Virus record (IMG/VR): IMGVR_UViG_3300033485_000016
Location: 1-54,725 of that record
Length of the DNA: 54,725 bases
From: a virus
Taxonomy: Duplodnaviria; Caudoviricetes
Strand: one strand, 5' to 3'
The notes below the pieces were generated by a model. That model saw only the letters and a list, made by a program, of their open reading frames with translations. It had not been told where the DNA came from and made no database searches. Position numbers and translations under genes: made by a program. Of this stretch, positions 52,129 to 54,725 are shown piece after piece (position 1 is the first letter of the stretch; each line of letters starts with the position of its first letter).

Positions 52129-53681
52129 TTTTTGCCCAAATGCGGGTCACTTGTTGCCCGTTTTCTCGGCATGGAGGCCAAGAAAGATTGAATCCAGGTG
52201 GTTTTTGGCGTCTCCAGAAGCTCTTTGCCCCTGGGACGCCTCGAAAGAATGTGCTCCAAGCAGTCAAGGGTGTGATCTCGGTCCTTCACCCTCGCAAACT
52301 TGCCTGAAGCAGTCGCCTCTTCAGGCCAATGTGCCCATTCCAACTCAAAGGGAAGGACACTCAACCAGGGTGCCAGCCAGATTTTGCCTGCCTGGAAGTA
52401 TTCCCGTGAGATCTCAGTGCGTGTTTCGGGGGTTTGCTTATTACCTAACAGGGTAATGTTGTAATTCTGCAACTCTCGCTTGAACTGACTGTTCGCATCG
52501 GCCCAGAAGATGCCTCTCCCACCCCATCTCAAGGCACTCTCTTCCATCAACCGCGCCCATTCAGGAATGCTCTGCGCCTCATTCAGGTCAATTTGACCCG
52601 CAATATACCTGTAATTGGGAATTTCATCGATGACAAACGCTTCCCCGTCTGGGCTAAAGGCAACGAGAACTGCACTTCGGTAAGTTCCAGTGTCGCTTCC
52701 ACCGATAATGGCCCATCCACTGGGGAGGGAAAGATTATCTCTGGAGGCAGTTCGACCTGGATCGAGCCATAGATGCGGGTGGGTGCGGGGTGTGAAGACA
52801 AACTGGCCTCGCTGGTAGTTGTAACAACGTCCGATGAACTCTCCCAGCTGCCCAAGAAAAGCAATCTGGAACTTCTCCTGGGTCATAATCCCGCCTTTTT
52901 GCGGGTCAGCCCTGTCCATCGCCTCCTGGCTGAACGTATGAGGATTCACACTACGAGGAACACCGCAAACACAGTACCATTCGGGGAAGTCACCGTGCCC
53001 GTGCTCGTGGAAAACTCCCACCCATGGTCGATCAGGAGTCGTCGCAAAGACAGCGTATCCTTGACGAGCCTGGAGGTTTTGGCTAAATCCTGTGTAGCAT
53101 TCAAGTCCTGGGAGTTGATAGGCTTCACAGTAGATGTAAGCGTCGTGTTCCTTGCCCTTGAGCGAATCTTTTCTCTCCCACGATCTCGCTTCATATCTCG
53201 CTCCGTTAGGCAAATCCAGATACATCCTTCCGTCCCTGGGGCGGTTTTGTAGGGACGAGTACTTCATCCCCATCCCCTTATCGCTCAACAGGGCTTCACA
53301 GATATACTCAAACTCTGGCTGGCAGATGTCGTATTCCAGTCCGACGAGCGCCACCCTGGCATCGGGTACGGCTGCAAACCCAGCCGCCCATCTTCCTCCA
53401 GCCCAACTCTTCCCGCTCTTAAACGCTCCCAGATCGGCCAGAACTCTAGCTGTCCCTTCAGGGCGGGGTAGAAGCTTTCTCCACTCTCTTGATTTGTCTG
53501 GGAGGCTAATTTCCAAGGCAAGGTCATCTTTCTCCGCTCTTTCCTCTGTCAGTACATACCCCCCAGCCGCCGCCCACCATTGCGCCTGATGCTCAAATGG
53601 CCTCTCGTCCATCTTTTCGCAGATGCGCTGACGGAACGCCCAGGCCAATTGATCGCGGATCTCAGTTGGGACGCGAGGCAA
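52125..53681 (-). CDS. terL: Terminase large subunit (repeat copy)
   Basis: Identical translation to 1653-3209. Confidence 0.88.
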   Translation of the reverse strand: MPRVPTEIRDQLAWAFRQRICEKMDERPFEHQAQWWAAAGGYVLTEERAEKDDLALEISLPDKSREWRKLLPRPEGTARVLADLGAFKSGKSWAGGRWAAGFAAVPDARVALVGLEYDICQPEFEYICEALLSDKGMGMKYSSLQNRPRDGRMYLDLPNGARYEARSWERKDSLKGKEHDAYIYCEAYQLPGLECYTGFSQNLQARQGYAVFATTPDRPWVGVFHEHGHGDFPEWYCVCGVPRSVNPHTFSQEAMDRADPQKGGIMTQEKFQIAFLGQLGEFIGRCYNYQRGQFVFTPRTHPHLWLDPGRTASRDNLSLPSGWAIIGGSDTGTYRSAVLVAFSPDGEAFVIDEIPNYRYIAGQIDLNEAQSIPEWARLMEESALRWGGRGIFWADANSQFKRELQNYNITLLGNKQTPETRTEISREYFQAGKIWLAPWLSVLPFELEWAHWPEEATASGKFARVKDRDHTLDCLEHILSRRPRGKELLETPKTTWIQSFLASMPRKRATSDPHLGKK

Positions 53682-54108
53682 CCTGTGCTCCTACCTTGAT
53701 CCTCCCCATGAGAACGTCGTCCATGAACCGACTCATGGCGTCCTCCTTGCCGGCATTCCCTGCCAGCTTTGCCTCCAGAGCCTGCCTAAAGGTTTGACTC
53801 TTGGTCAACCTCATCCCCTCCATCTCCGCCGCATTGTTGGCATAGAGGAAATACGCCATCTCCTGATAATGCTTATCGAGGGCAATCTTCAACCGTTCCT
53901 GAGGAGGGAGATCCTGCCAGCTTCCACCTTGGTATTTCCTGACCTCTTCCTGCACATAGGTGTGCAGCCCCCAACTCCTCGCCAGCCGCAGCAAGGTGTC
54001 CTCGTCCTCCAACTCAGGGAAGAAATACCTCACCGCGACAAGGGGAGGCACCCCTGACTGAAGCATCAACGCGAACTGCTTAGCCTCATGCAGGCTTGGG
54101 GGGCGCAT
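53662..54108 (-). CDS. Probable terminase small subunit (repeat copy)
   Basis: Identical translation to 3190-3636. Confidence 0.55.
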   Translation of the reverse strand: MRPPSLHEAKQFALMLQSGVPPLVAVRYFFPELEDEDTLLRLARSWGLHTYVQEEVRKYQGGSWQDLPPQERLKIALDKHYQEMAYFLYANNAAEMEGMRLTKSQTFRQALEAKLAGNAGKEDAMSRFMDDVLMGRIKVGAQVASRPN

Positions 54109-54394
54109 CGATATGGGTCAACATATAGACGTTCTTGCCGTTTTCCTGGTGGGACAGCCGGAAGGTGAGGGTGTGATAATGCCTGGGAGAATGCTCGGTG
54201 CAGGGGGAAATATCCAGCTGGAGCTTGTCCTTCTGCTCAAACTCCTCGACCTCCACCTCCAGCCCTGCCGAGAGCCTCAGGATGCTCCTAGGCATCCTTT
54301 TTCTTCTCTTCCTCTTCCTGCTGCTTCATCTGGATGATCGTCTGGATCAGCATGGGGGCGTACTTGATGAGAAACTTACCGACAGCTTTCCAAT

Positions 54395-54725
54395 TCATAG
54401 CAAACTCACTGGGTTGATGTGGGTGAAGATGGGGGAGTAGGTGAAGGTACCTGGGGCGACCAGATCCGCATCAGTGGAGGGGTCAAAGGGTTCCATGCCC
54501 TCATCCCTACAAAGCCTTGTGCAGACCTCTGAACAAAACTGCTTATCCAGACTCTGCTTCCCGATGGTGTAGAACCTAAACAGCCCCCACACATCGTATT
54601 TCTGGCCCAGGTATTTAGTCCTCATGGCATAGATGCCAGAGGCAATGTCAAACGGCACTTTGGGGCGTAGGACCAGGGCCAGACCTGAAGTCCTCAGGGG
54701 GTAGAACCCTACGCCTTCGGCCCTG
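54395..54725 (-). CDS. YiiX-like permuted papain amidase (repeat copy, 5' truncated by window edge)
   Basis: Matches the C-terminal part of 3923-4402. Confidence 0.7.
   Translation of the reverse strand, partial: RAEGVGFYPLRTSGLALVLRPKVPFDIASGIYAMRTKYLGQKYDVWGLFRFYTIGKQSLDKQFCSEVCTRLCRDEGMEPFDPSTDADLVAPGTFTYSPIFTHINPVSLL

Larger units (their letters stand above)
50473..54725. repeat. Terminal direct repeat, copy 2
   Basis: Duplicate of 1-4253. Confidence 0.97.

Noticed and set aside
27584-54594. Numerous long + strand and alternate-frame ORFs overlapping the structural genes
   Set aside because: Shadow ORFs expected at this GC content; no RBS or motifs, and they overlap well-supported genes

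Overview
The window is a complete, circularly permuted temperate tailed phage genome with a unit length of 50,472 bp; 1-4253 is repeated at 50473-54725, with one synonymous SNP seen. The architecture is podovirus-like: there is no tape measure or tail tube, but there are nozzle and ejection proteins. A ~1.1 kb non-coding control region (4750-5848) separates two arms. The + arm carries early genes, a Cas4-like nuclease, a Sak4-like ATPase, an SSB-like protein, a UDG-fused family A DNA polymerase split into two genes, nucleotide-metabolism genes, xis/int and a clear attP. The - arm carries terminase, portal, scaffold, capsid, fibre/adhesin genes, nozzle, ejection proteins and lysis genes. Most unusual: (1) a virion beta-sandwich domain appears split into halves on two different genes, 3.17 kb apart around an inserted fibre cassette; (2) PolA is split at the thumb/palm boundary with two translationally coupled mini-genes in the gap; (3) one 'SADH...KP' FN3-like domain occurs twice in virion genes and once as a secreted moron; (4) a promoter-driven hairpin with a (CCU)n anti-Shine-Dalgarno loop lies near attP; (5) the regulatory layer includes an operator palindrome regulon, IHF-like 25-bp sites and sigma54-like promoters. 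Family assignments come from motif recognition by eye; no searches were run.
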